Sequence record: NC_047822.1
From: Escherichia phage phiLLS
Strand: one strand, 5' to 3'
Length of the DNA stretch: 64,000 nucleotides
The notes beneath the pieces are model-generated. The model saw only the letters and a program-made list of their open reading frames with translations. It had not been told where the DNA came from and did no database searches. Made by a program: the position numbers and the translations under genes. Every line of letters begins with the position of its first letter. Positions within the stretch are counted from its first letter, which is position 1. This document shows, one piece after another, positions 56,231-64,000 of the stretch.

Positions 56231-56599
56231 ATGAAAGCATATCAAAACCTTAAATCTGGCGTAATTAATATTGTTCATAATAATCAGATCATTCAGCTAT
56301 ACTCCGACAATGGTGAACTTAAACAGAAAGTTCTAGTTGAAGATCTAGAAGGTATTACACCACAATTCGATCCTGAATCCTTCCGTGAAGTTAAGGTGGA
56401 AGTCGCCCCTCAAATCGAAGGTGGTCAGCACCTAAATGTCAATGTATTAAGCCGTGATCAGCTTTTGGATGCACAGAAACATCCTGAAAAGTACCCTCAA
56501 TTAACTATCCGTGTTTCAGGGTACGCTGTACGTTTTAATGCACTGACTCGTGAACAGCAGAACGACGTTATTAGTCGTACATTTACTCAGGCGATGTAA
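56231..56599 (+). CDS. grcA: autonomous glycyl-radical cofactor (GrcA/YfiD-like)
   Basis: 122 aa; C-terminal [19 protein letters not shown] glycyl-radical signature. Confidence 0.75.
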   Translation: MKAYQNLKSGVINIVHNNQIIQLYSDNGELKQKVLVEDLEGITPQFDPESFREVKVEVAPQIEGGQHLNVNVLSRDQLLDAQKHPEKYPQLTIRVSGYAVRFNALTREQQNDVISRTFTQAM

Positions 56600-56680
56600 T
56601 GGGGTTTGGATACGATTTCTCCGAATTACGTGAGGTAGTCGAGCAAATTCCATTTATCTCCCAAGTTTTAGGAGAAATGT

Positions 56681-56995
56681 GTGGATCGAGCATTAAGACG
56701 CCATCACCGGCAACGTGTGAAGAACAACCGCAAGAAGTATTGGACAGTATTTCCACATGAAGAAAGCCCTAAGCGGTTAGGTATTATCACTACTACTCCT
56801 TGCATCTGTTCTTGTTGGATGTGCGGGAACCCTCGCAAATATTATAAGAATAGTAAAGCAGGCATGAAAATTTCGGAGATTAGGAAAATGGAAGCAATGA
56901 TTATGGGCATCTCAAATGATGAATTTGATGGCTTTGTAGGATTCGGAGAAGGAATTAGCTCAGGCTGTTTCGAAGATGAACGCCCCGATCTGTAA
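56681..56995 (+). CDS. hypothetical Cys-rich basic protein
   Basis: 104 aa; CICSCWMCGN cluster; GTG start with AGGAG SD. Confidence 0.45.
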   Translation: MDRALRRHHRQRVKNNRKKYWTVFPHEESPKRLGIITTTPCICSCWMCGNPRKYYKNSKAGMKISEIRKMEAMIMGISNDEFDGFVGFGEGISSGCFEDERPDL

Positions 56996-57004
56996 TTAAT
57001 AACA

Positions 57005-57040
57005 AACCCCAGCTATTGAATAAGTAGTCTGGGGTTTTTC
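57005..57040 (+). terminator. rho-independent terminator
   Basis: accccag...ctggggt hairpin + TTTTTCT. Confidence 0.7.
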
Positions 57041-57116
57041 TGTATAAAGGTACATAATATATGTATAACAAAATTCATCCACATTAGGTTAATTTAAAAG
57101 ACTTAATGGAGGTAAT

Positions 57117-57464
57117 ATGAGCCGTACTTATCGTAAACAATCTGGTGATCAGTGGTGGAAGTCTAAAGAACAATTCTCTCAAGAATATTCTTTCATCAAA
57201 GAAAATGGCTACTGGATTCGTGTTATTTATGCTAAATCCTGGGATGATGTAGAACAGGAAATGAAGGAAGCAACCATTCGTAATGAGAAAAAGGATGGTT
57301 ATAACTGGAATTCTATTAGTAAGAATGTTAAGTGGCATTCTAATAAAATGGTTCGTCAAGGGAATCGTCAAGAACTCCACCGCGTGATGAAAGATCCAGA
57401 AAATTATGATTATAATCGCGATCATGACATGCGTAAGCGTGGATTATGGTGGTGCTATGACTAA
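57117..57464 (+). CDS. hypothetical protein
   Basis: 115 aa ORF with GGAGG SD. Confidence 0.5.
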   Translation: MSRTYRKQSGDQWWKSKEQFSQEYSFIKENGYWIRVIYAKSWDDVEQEMKEATIRNEKKDGYNWNSISKNVKWHSNKMVRQGNRQELHRVMKDPENYDYNRDHDMRKRGLWWCYD

Positions 57465-57481
57465 ATTCTGAAATAATTCAT

Positions 57482-57510
57482 TTGCTAAACCTCTCTTTTC
57501 TTGCTATAAT
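57482..57510 (+). promoter_or_regulatory. sigma70-type early promoter
   Basis: ATTCATTTGCTA-17-TATAAT. Confidence 0.6.
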
Positions 57511-57540
57511 ATATTTATAAATTGATGAGAGAGGTTTGAA

Positions 57541-57822
57541 ATGAAAACTCGTCTAGACTGTGCTGTTCATGTTCTTGAACATGATGTTGTGGGAACCTGT
57601 ATGTCTTATCACGAAGCAGGTCGTTTAATTAAAGAACGTGTGGCAGATGTGTGCGGATTGAAGATTACTGCTGAGGAAGCTGATGATCTTTTAGGTCAAG
57701 CACTAGAGAAAACCGAAATGTTTCTCTGCGATTCTTGTTCTTGGTGGTGTGAAGCTCACGAACGTTCTTTCAACGATTATGATGTATGTCGTGATTGTAG
57801 TGGGGAGGATGAAGATGAATAA
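57541..57822 (+). CDS. hypothetical Cys-rich acidic protein
   Basis: 93 aa; CDSCSWWC and CRDCSG pairs. Confidence 0.5.
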   Translation: MKTRLDCAVHVLEHDVVGTCMSYHEAGRLIKERVADVCGLKITAEEADDLLGQALEKTEMFLCDSCSWWCEAHERSFNDYDVCRDCSGEDEDE

Positions 57823-58114
57823 GTTTATTATTGCACTGATGATCTCCACAGTTAGTTTCGGTTCTCTGGCATCTACCAAAGTTTCTATGAAAAATGGTAA
57901 TGTTAAAGTCCAACAGAACGGCATTATTACCGAGTATGGTAAAGTTCGTGATGTTAAGGAACGTAATGGTAAAGTAGAAATATATACTAATAAAAACTTC
58001 TCTACTCCAGCCGTTACTATTAGCAAACGCGGTGAAATAACCACTCAACGTACTAATAGCTCCAGTTCTTTTACTTGTCGTTATGATTGCGGCTTTGAAG
58101 GTGAAGATGAATAA
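57815..58114 (+). CDS. hypothetical secreted protein (signal peptide)
   Basis: MNKFIIALMISTVSFGSLAST N-terminus; ATG overlaps upstream stop (ATGAATAA). Confidence 0.5.
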   Translation: MNKFIIALMISTVSFGSLASTKVSMKNGNVKVQQNGIITEYGKVRDVKERNGKVEIYTNKNFSTPAVTISKRGEITTQRTNSSSSFTCRYDCGFEGEDE

Positions 58115-58502
58115 TTTAGACCCTAGAATTAAATTTGCAATTACAGAAATCCAAGATCAAATTGATGAGGATTTCACTGTTTGGTCAAGATCTGGTAATG
58201 GAGAATATTGCCAGCTTTATAGCATGAAAATGGGTATCTCAATTGATCTTAATATCAACTCTGAAGGTAGAGTGGAAGCCCAACCCATGTTCAGTGTTCC
58301 AGGCTTCTCTGGATTTGTTGCAGGTATAAAATTGTGTCTACCAAATAACCATCTTCATCGAGTTATTTGTCAGCTAGAGACTATTAAGCATTTCTTGCCA
58401 GAAGGTAACATTAATGACTACTATCATGAAGTTGTAGCAGCTCATATGATGAAAGAATGCAAACGTCGGAGAGAAGAGCGTGAAAAAGCTAAACATCAAT
58501 AG
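58107..58502 (+). CDS. hypothetical protein
   Basis: 131 aa from MNNLDP; coupled to upstream gene. Confidence 0.5.
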   Translation: MNNLDPRIKFAITEIQDQIDEDFTVWSRSGNGEYCQLYSMKMGISIDLNINSEGRVEAQPMFSVPGFSGFVAGIKLCLPNNHLHRVICQLETIKHFLPEGNINDYYHEVVAAHMMKECKRRREEREKAKHQ

Positions 58503-58776
58503 CACAGTGCAGATTCCAGCAACTAAGGATATTTTAACATTCCTACGTAGTGAGAATACCCAGTTTTGGCATGACTATATTCAGGAAAATAAAAATAATC
58601 CAGACATAGTTGCTTTTGCCAAAAAACGTATTGGGGAATATAAAGATCCAGAGATTAAAGATGGCATGATTACTATGCAATTGTGGGTAGCCATGAATAC
58701 GTTTGGACCTACTATGAGTCTAGGAGTTACTCCACTGTTTACTAATATTCTAATTAATGAAAAGGATCTAAAATGA
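58480..58776 (+). CDS. hypothetical protein
   Basis: 98 aa ORF. Confidence 0.45.
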   Translation: MKKLNINSTVQIPATKDILTFLRSENTQFWHDYIQENKNNPDIVAFAKKRIGEYKDPEIKDGMITMQLWVAMNTFGPTMSLGVTPLFTNILINEKDLK

Positions 58777-59057
58777 TTATCTCTCCCTTTGCTCTTTGGT
58801 TCGTCATTGGATCTATAGTAGCTATTTACAGCTTGGTTGATGATCTGTATATTTCTAAGAATAAAGATGTAATATTATACGTTATACATAAAACTCGACC
58901 GTTAGATATACCTCCTCTTGATGATAAAACATTACTGAGATGTGCTAGATCTATGATATTTATTGTGGATATTCTTCTAGGCCCAACATCTGTGTTTTTC
59001 TTTTATAGAAAGACTCGTAATATGAAAAAATTTAAAGCTGAAATGCAGAATACCTAA
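58773..59057 (+). CDS. hypothetical membrane protein
   Basis: 94 aa; two hydrophobic segments. Confidence 0.45.
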   Translation: MIISPFALWFVIGSIVAIYSLVDDLYISKNKDVILYVIHKTRPLDIPPLDDKTLLRCARSMIFIVDILLGPTSVFFFYRKTRNMKKFKAEMQNT

Positions 59058-59167
59058 AGAACTCGCGTAGGACCGAGTTGCGTCACCTGCAACTGTTACG
59101 GATAAGGGAGTCGTGCCCCTTAGTGCGGTAAGTGGTGAGGTGGCTGCTAGCCCTAACTGGAGATAAT

Positions 59168-59512
59168 ATGACTATATTACTAATTCTTGTTACAACTTGG
59201 TTTTTAATCGGTGCTGGATACGCGATAGCTATTATTAGACATTTGGATGAACATTCTGCTGAATGGTTTGTTAAGTATCTACGTATTGATGGTCAAGAAC
59301 AGAAGTTTAAAGACGAAAAGCAGAAAAAAGCAGTAAATAATATGACAGCCAAAGAATGCTTGTTCTACATGCGTATTGTAGGGTTCTTTGGACTATTAGT
59401 TGCTGGCCCAATTGGTTCTACCATTGCTCCGTATAAGGAAACAGTTGCTGACATCAAATTGTGGAGAAATGCAGGGGTACTGCACAAAGCTAGAAAAACT
59501 AATATTACATAA
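59168..59512 (+). CDS. hypothetical membrane protein
   Basis: 114 aa from MTILLILVTTWFLIGAGY with GGAG SD. Confidence 0.5.
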   Translation: MTILLILVTTWFLIGAGYAIAIIRHLDEHSAEWFVKYLRIDGQEQKFKDEKQKKAVNNMTAKECLFYMRIVGFFGLLVAGPIGSTIAPYKETVADIKLWRNAGVLHKARKTNIT

Positions 59513-59554
59513 GATTGACACTAAGTCAGCTTACTAGCAAAAGCAAATAATGAC

Positions 59555-59592
59555 AAAGCCCAGCCTGCACTTTTGCGACTGGGCTATTTTTA
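59555..59592 (+). terminator. rho-independent terminator
   Basis: agcccag...ctgggct hairpin + TTTTTAT. Confidence 0.6.
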
Positions 59593-59606
59593 TAATAAAA
59601 TTTTAG

Positions 59607-59635
59607 TTGCTTAGATGCCCAAACTTTTGTATAAT
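59607..59635 (+). promoter_or_regulatory. sigma70-type early promoter
   Basis: TTGCTT-17-TATAAT. Confidence 0.55.
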
Positions 59636-59666
59636 ATGTTTATAGATTGAGGCAAGAGGATTAAAT

Positions 59667-60365
59667 ATGAGGATTATTTCTAAGTTCGCCGATGTGTATG
59701 ATTTGCAGAACAGTTTGTTTGACCCAGATCGTGTGTGGGAACGTAAAACTGAGGAGTTACTGGTTAAAGTAACCGATGATGCAGAAAAGAACATTGTGCA
59801 TACTCGCCAGGTATTTCGTGATGGTTCGCTATCTTTCCATGGTGATTTCGAATATTTTGTAAACCCACTATTTGTTGCAGGTGAAGTTTACTGGTTACAC
59901 GAGCTGTACTGCTGGCATCCAGCATTTAGCTTCAAAACGTTCAACCTCGACACTATGTTCGATAAAATGGAAGAGATGGGATTGCATGCTCGCTCTTACT
60001 TAATGGATAAAAGTCGTGGGGATGTTCGTGAAACAATGCGTGATCTGCTAGTTGAAGCAAAACCTAAAGCAGAACGTATCTTATCCGAACTGCGTGTACC
60101 GATTGCATATGTGAAAGGTATTAAAAAGAATGATAACGATGATGTTCGTAACTTCGTAATTCAGACTAACATTCGTTTCCATCAGTCAGGTATTCCGTGG
60201 CAGGAAATTGAAAGTAACTTATACCGTTTACACCAAGTTCTCGAACAGTATATCTTTGGTGTACTAGGAACTGGTGAGCCTGATATGATTAAAGTATCAG
60301 ATAAAGACAGGTTAGCAGCGCATGGATTTGATACAAAAACTTCTTTCAGGAATATGGCAAGGTAA
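59667..60365 (+). CDS. hypothetical protein
   Basis: 232 aa ORF with AGAGGA SD. Confidence 0.55.
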   Translation: MRIISKFADVYDLQNSLFDPDRVWERKTEELLVKVTDDAEKNIVHTRQVFRDGSLSFHGDFEYFVNPLFVAGEVYWLHELYCWHPAFSFKTFNLDTMFDKMEEMGLHARSYLMDKSRGDVRETMRDLLVEAKPKAERILSELRVPIAYVKGIKKNDNDDVRNFVIQTNIRFHQSGIPWQEIESNLYRLHQVLEQYIFGVLGTGEPDMIKVSDKDRLAAHGFDTKTSFRNMAR

Positions 60366-60771
60366 GTGGTATATCCTGGGAGCAGGTCTAGCGATAGGCA
60401 TCGGGTTCGGTGCTTATCACTTAGTAAATAAAGTGGAGACTTTGGCGGGAGATCTTGCGGTAGCTACTAAAAAGATTTCTTCTCTAGAGACTTCCCTTAA
60501 CAAGGTGAAAGCTGAAAGCGAACTTCGTGAGACTAGAATGAATCAGTATTTCACAATGAATAATATTTCGCAAGCAGATCTAGACAAAAAGATTAAGCAG
60601 CTAGATAAAGCTCTTAGTCGTCAAGATGTTATCGCTGCAAAGCCTGGATTGGTAACATTAATTGCTAAAAAGCAGAATAAAGAATTCGAGGAAAGATTAG
60701 CGTGTTTAACTGGAAACTTGGAGTACTGCTCGCAGCCACAATCACAATCGCAGGCTGTGCAGAAGAAATAA
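60322..60771 (+). CDS. putative i-spanin (Rz-like): N-terminal TM helix + coiled coil
   Basis: 149 aa; GKWYILGAGLAIGIGFGAY TM segment then helical periplasmic region; overlapped at 3' end by lipoprotein ORF. Confidence 0.5.
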   Translation: MDLIQKLLSGIWQGKWYILGAGLAIGIGFGAYHLVNKVETLAGDLAVATKKISSLETSLNKVKAESELRETRMNQYFTMNNISQADLDKKIKQLDKALSRQDVIAAKPGLVTLIAKKQNKEFEERLACLTGNLEYCSQPQSQSQAVQKK

Positions 60772-61055
60772 AACCAGAGCCATCTCATGAGTTAAAGCAA
60801 GCTCATGTAGACTGGCCTAAAGGACTTCAACCTTGTAGCTTTGACTTTAAGTTTGAAAAGAAATTAGCTACAAATGGAGAAGATGGCGTAGTAGTTGTTG
60901 TACCGTATAAAGATTGGAATGCAAAAGCAAAATGTGAGGAAGCAGTTTACTCTTACATTTCACGACTGACTGGTATGGTTTGCTTCTATCGCCAAGATTT
61001 ACAAGAAAAACGTTGCTTAGTTTACTATCCACCAATTAACAATAGGAAAGATTAA
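60702..61055 (+). CDS. putative o-spanin (Rz1-like outer-membrane lipoprotein)
   Basis: 117 aa; signal peptide with lipobox ITIAGC; starts inside 3' end of preceding ORF in another frame. Confidence 0.5.
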   Translation: MFNWKLGVLLAATITIAGCAEEIKPEPSHELKQAHVDWPKGLQPCSFDFKFEKKLATNGEDGVVVVVPYKDWNAKAKCEEAVYSYISRLTGMVCFYRQDLQEKRCLVYYPPINNRKD

Positions 61056-61807
61056 TGTCAGTATTAGTCGGTTTACATGGTGAAGCTGGTTCGGGAAAAG
61101 ATACCGTTGCAAAATTAATTATCGATTGGTGTAATGACACGTATCCAACGTGTTTATCCCGTCGTTATAGTTTTGCTAAGCCCGTTTATGAACTTGCATC
61201 CGTAATCCTCGGTGTAACTCCAGAGTTTTTAGGAGAGCGCAGGGGAAAAGAGATTGACCAATGGTTTACGGTCACACAATCTCAACTGGAGCGAGCCAGA
61301 GATGTGTGGTTTAAGTACGGTATCGATAAGTTTGAAGACTTCTCGTACGTTTGGCCTATTTTTGAGGAAAAATATCTTAATCCTCAACAACTTATCTCAG
61401 AGAATAAAGAAGACGGACTTTATAGTTTATTTATTTCTCCGAGAAAAATGTTACAGCTCGTAGGGACAGAGCTAGGAAGGCAGCTGGTGCATGAACGCAT
61501 TTGGCTCATAATTCTGGAGCAATCCATCGCTAAAGACGACCCAGATGTCGCCGTAATAACAGATGTTAGATTCCCCAATGAAGGAGAGTTACTCAGAGAA
61601 ACAAACCATTTAGATATGGATTCTTTGATAGTAAATGTAGTACCCGCTGAGCAGAAGTTCACTATTAAATCAGATCATCCATCTGAAAGTGGTATTCCTG
61701 CAAAATATATTACTCACGAATTAGTTAATAAATTCGATGGTATCAATAACCTTAAACTAGAAGTTTATAACTTCTGTGACTTAGAGCTAGAACCACTAGT
61801 TGGATAA
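61055..61807 (+). CDS. deoxynucleoside monophosphate kinase
   Basis: 250 aa; P-loop GLHGEAGSGKDT. Confidence 0.7.
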   Translation: MSVLVGLHGEAGSGKDTVAKLIIDWCNDTYPTCLSRRYSFAKPVYELASVILGVTPEFLGERRGKEIDQWFTVTQSQLERARDVWFKYGIDKFEDFSYVWPIFEEKYLNPQQLISENKEDGLYSLFISPRKMLQLVGTELGRQLVHERIWLIILEQSIAKDDPDVAVITDVRFPNEGELLRETNHLDMDSLIVNVVPAEQKFTIKSDHPSESGIPAKYITHELVNKFDGINNLKLEVYNFCDLELEPLVG

Positions 61808-61819
61808 TCAAGGATCGCT

Positions 61820-62416
61820 ATGGCTAATAAAAAAGAAAAGACTAATCTGTTTCACTCCATTCGCCAATCTAACGAGTATACCTTCTTCTTTGATGAAGAA
61901 TTAGGCCCGCCGGATGAATACCGTGATTTATCAATGGTACTTATGCAGGCAAATGAGGACGACGAAATTAATCTGATGATTAATGGTCCGGGTGGTTATG
62001 TTGATACTGCTGCACAGTTATCTAACTTAATTGCTAATTGCCGTGGAACAGTTATAGGACACCTGATTGGTCCTAGTGCTTCTGCTTACTGCACAATTTT
62101 CCTATCCTGTCATGGATGGGTAGTACATCCACATGCTACGCTAATGGGACACACGTTCTCTGGCGGATTCTGTGAGAAGGGTCAAGAAATTAAGAAAGCC
62201 TATGAATCTTACAACAAGTTCGTAGAAGATATGATGCTAGATGTCTACTATCCGTTCTTCTCAATAGACGAAATCGACGAGATGGTAAAAGACAACAAAA
62301 ATATCTATCTAGATAGCAAAGAAATCCATAAGCGTATTGAAATCTTGGCAAAATATCGATCTGAGCAATATAATAAAGCCCAGTTACCTCAATTTGAGGA
62401 GCACAGTGGAGAGTAA
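61820..62416 (+). CDS. ClpP-like serine protease
   Basis: 198 aa; ClpP-family fold by eye (GPGGYVDTA, GPSASAY Ser region, HPHAT His region). Confidence 0.6.
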   Translation: MANKKEKTNLFHSIRQSNEYTFFFDEELGPPDEYRDLSMVLMQANEDDEINLMINGPGGYVDTAAQLSNLIANCRGTVIGHLIGPSASAYCTIFLSCHGWVVHPHATLMGHTFSGGFCEKGQEIKKAYESYNKFVEDMMLDVYYPFFSIDEIDEMVKDNKNIYLDSKEIHKRIEILAKYRSEQYNKAQLPQFEEHSGE

Positions 62417-62423
62417 GTAGTTT

Positions 62424-62458
62424 TAAGCCAGGGTTTAACGACCCTGGCTTTTCTTTTA
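62424..62458 (+). terminator. rho-independent terminator
   Basis: aagccaggg...ccctggctt hairpin + TTTCTTTT. Confidence 0.7.
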
Positions 62459-62518
62459 TCTAAAATTCTTCTTGACAACGACAAAATTTTATGCTCCAGA
62501 AGTGATCTTTAAAAACAC

Positions 62519-62549
62519 ATTGTAATTTTCCTCCAAAATTAGTATAATG
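62519..62549 (+). promoter_or_regulatory. sigma70-type promoter upstream of lysis genes
   Basis: TATAAT at 62544 with TTGTAA-like -35; additional TTGACA at 62472. Confidence 0.4.
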
Positions 62550-62572
62550 GTACTGGTTAGAGGAGGTTACAA

Positions 62573-63229
62573 TTGGAAAAGTTCTTACAATTATTAACGG
62601 TACTGCTCCAAGAAGCGAAAGATCCAGCATCGCTTCTTAAACGTCTGCTAACTATCTTAGTTGCTGTCATTATTTTCTTATTTGTTAGTAATACTAGCGA
62701 GGTGATGTCATTCTTAAAGACTTTCTCCACGTCTGCGGTCCTACAGGATGTTCAAACTCAAAGGATAGATAACTTTCCTAATGTAGCTAGAGAAAAGAGC
62801 ATGGTACTCTTTTCTCAAACGGGTGCGGATGCTGTTTTTGTCGTCAAGTATAAACCCGATGCCATTAATGATTATTCTAACATTATTGCATGGGAAAGCA
62901 ATGCGCAATTAGATAGGGCTGACTTGGCCGATAAAGCGGTAAATAAAACGTCTGAGCTATATAGACGTCACTTGGAAGGCTTTAACTACGCATCGGATTT
63001 AAGTGTAAAAGTAAATAAATACATGGGGTTAAATATACCTGCGTTTAAGAACGTTACTTTTAATTACATATACACTTGTCCATATTTCAATCTAAACAAT
63101 ATCTATGCTGGATATATTGGTATTGCTTGGAAAGATAATCCTGTAGATGCAGCCGATTCTGAGAAATTTAACGAGTATTTAACAAAGCTCTGTTCCCCAC
63201 AACAGAGATCTTTAGGTAGATCAATATGA
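62573..63229 (+). CDS. putative holin
   Basis: 218 aa; N-terminal TM helix; immediately upstream of and overlapping endolysin; TTG start with AGGAGG SD. Confidence 0.6.
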   Translation: MEKFLQLLTVLLQEAKDPASLLKRLLTILVAVIIFLFVSNTSEVMSFLKTFSTSAVLQDVQTQRIDNFPNVAREKSMVLFSQTGADAVFVVKYKPDAINDYSNIIAWESNAQLDRADLADKAVNKTSELYRRHLEGFNYASDLSVKVNKYMGLNIPAFKNVTFNYIYTCPYFNLNNIYAGYIGIAWKDNPVDAADSEKFNEYLTKLCSPQQRSLGRSI

Positions 63230-63639
63230 GTTTTAAATTTGGTAAAAATAGCGAAAAACAATTAGCTACCGTTAAGCCAGAGCTACAAAAAGTAGCTCGT
63301 AGAGCTTTAGAATTATCTCCATATGATTTCACGATCGTACAGGGTATTCGTACAGTAGCACAAAGTGCCCAGAATATTGCTAATGGTACTTCATTTTTAA
63401 AAGATCCTAGTAAAAGCAAGCATATTACTGGTGATGCTCTTGATTTTGCTCCATACATTAATGGCAAAATTGATTGGAATGACTTAGAAGCATTTTGGGC
63501 AGTTAAAAAGGCTTTTGAACAAGCGGGTAAAGAACTAGGCATTAAACTTCGTTTTGGTGCTGATTGGAATGCTTCGGGAGACTATCACGATGAAATAAAA
63601 CGTGGTACCTATGATGGCGGTCATGTCGAACTAGTTTAA
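63226..63639 (+). CDS. endolysin, L-alanyl-D-glutamate peptidase-type
   Basis: 137 aa; Zn-ligand pattern (H...D...H) typical of T5-type endolysin. Confidence 0.8.
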   Translation: MSFKFGKNSEKQLATVKPELQKVARRALELSPYDFTIVQGIRTVAQSAQNIANGTSFLKDPSKSKHITGDALDFAPYINGKIDWNDLEAFWAVKKAFEQAGKELGIKLRFGADWNASGDYHDEIKRGTYDGGHVELV

Positions 63640-63658
63640 TTAATAACTGAGGCGGGAA

Positions 63659-63684
63659 TATTCCCGCCTTTTTAGGCAAAGGGG
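63659..63684 (+). terminator. rho-independent terminator
   Basis: ggcgggaatattcccgcc hairpin + TTTTT. Confidence 0.75.
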
Positions 63685-63716
63685 GCTTTAATAATTTTTA
63701 AAGATAGGAGAAAGCC

Positions 63717-64000
63717 ATGTTTGCAGAACTATTCACTATGATGCTGCTAGGTATCTGGAAAATAAGTCTAGTAGTATTCGTTTTAATGATAGTCTTTACT
63801 ATCATTGCATTAACTACCCGAAATAGCTTATTAATAAAGGTTATTCACGGACTAGAGTATATAATTATGGGTTCATTCGGCGTTTGTAAATGCAATTGCC
63901 ATAGAGATACGAAATATTGTTGGTTATGGATGGAACTAGAGAATCCTATATCCATAGCTTTGGCTGTTTCATTCGGCATGATTCTTATGGCCCTTACTCT
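63717..64000 (+). CDS. hypothetical membrane protein (3' end outside window)
   Basis: open frame from ATG 63717 to window end; hydrophobic N-terminus; AGGAG SD. Confidence 0.45.
   Translation, partial: MFAELFTMMLLGIWKISLVVFVLMIVFTIIALTTRNSLLIKVIHGLEYIIMGSFGVCKCNCHRDTKYCWLWMELENPISIALAVSFGMILMALT

Noticed and set aside
38560-62560. Repeated ~45-bp elements as a possible CRISPR array or other direct-repeat structure
   Set aside because: Repeats are irregularly spaced (hundreds to thousands of bp), occur on both strands and contain clear -35/-10 hexamers; they are promoters.
1-64000. Prophage or integrative element boundary (integrase, att sites, transposase)
   Set aside because: No integrase, recombinase or transposase-like ORF and no flanking bacterial genes; the window looks like an internal part of a virulent phage genome.

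Overview
This window reads as a contiguous piece of a T5-like (Tequintavirus-type) lytic phage genome; no integrase, transposase or CRISPR array is present. All calls rest on reading the six-frame translations and the DNA by eye, so motif-based products are inferences and coordinates of RNA genes are approximate. Layout: (1) 2-1843 (+), the 3' part of an L-shaped tail fibre gene, cut by the window edge. (2) 1.9-29.3 kb (-), the replication/recombination module: dUTPase, flap endonuclease, SbcCD-like nuclease pair, helicases, family A DNA polymerase, primase, a two-ORF NAD-dependent ligase, an origin-binding-type helicase, an HAD phosphatase, a Sir2-like protein and anaerobic RNR NrdD. (3) 29.4-43.3 kb (+), early nucleotide-metabolism genes (PhoH, NrdA, NrdB, DHFR, ThyA, RNase H) interleaved with HNH endonucleases and small ORFs. 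(4) 43.3-56 kb, a dense tRNA cluster with about 24 tRNAs plus several tRNA-like elements and ORF-free, promoter-driven stretches. (5) 56-64 kb (+), small early ORFs, a spanin-like pair, dNMP kinase, a ClpP-like protease, holin and endolysin. A conserved strong promoter module recurs about 30 times on both strands. The most unusual loci are a terminator-flanked minus-strand cassette encoding Gly-rich and Gln-rich low-complexity proteins beside an SPFH protein, a stand-alone CheY-like receiver-domain protein, and the ORF-free candidate ncRNA regions in the tRNA cluster.
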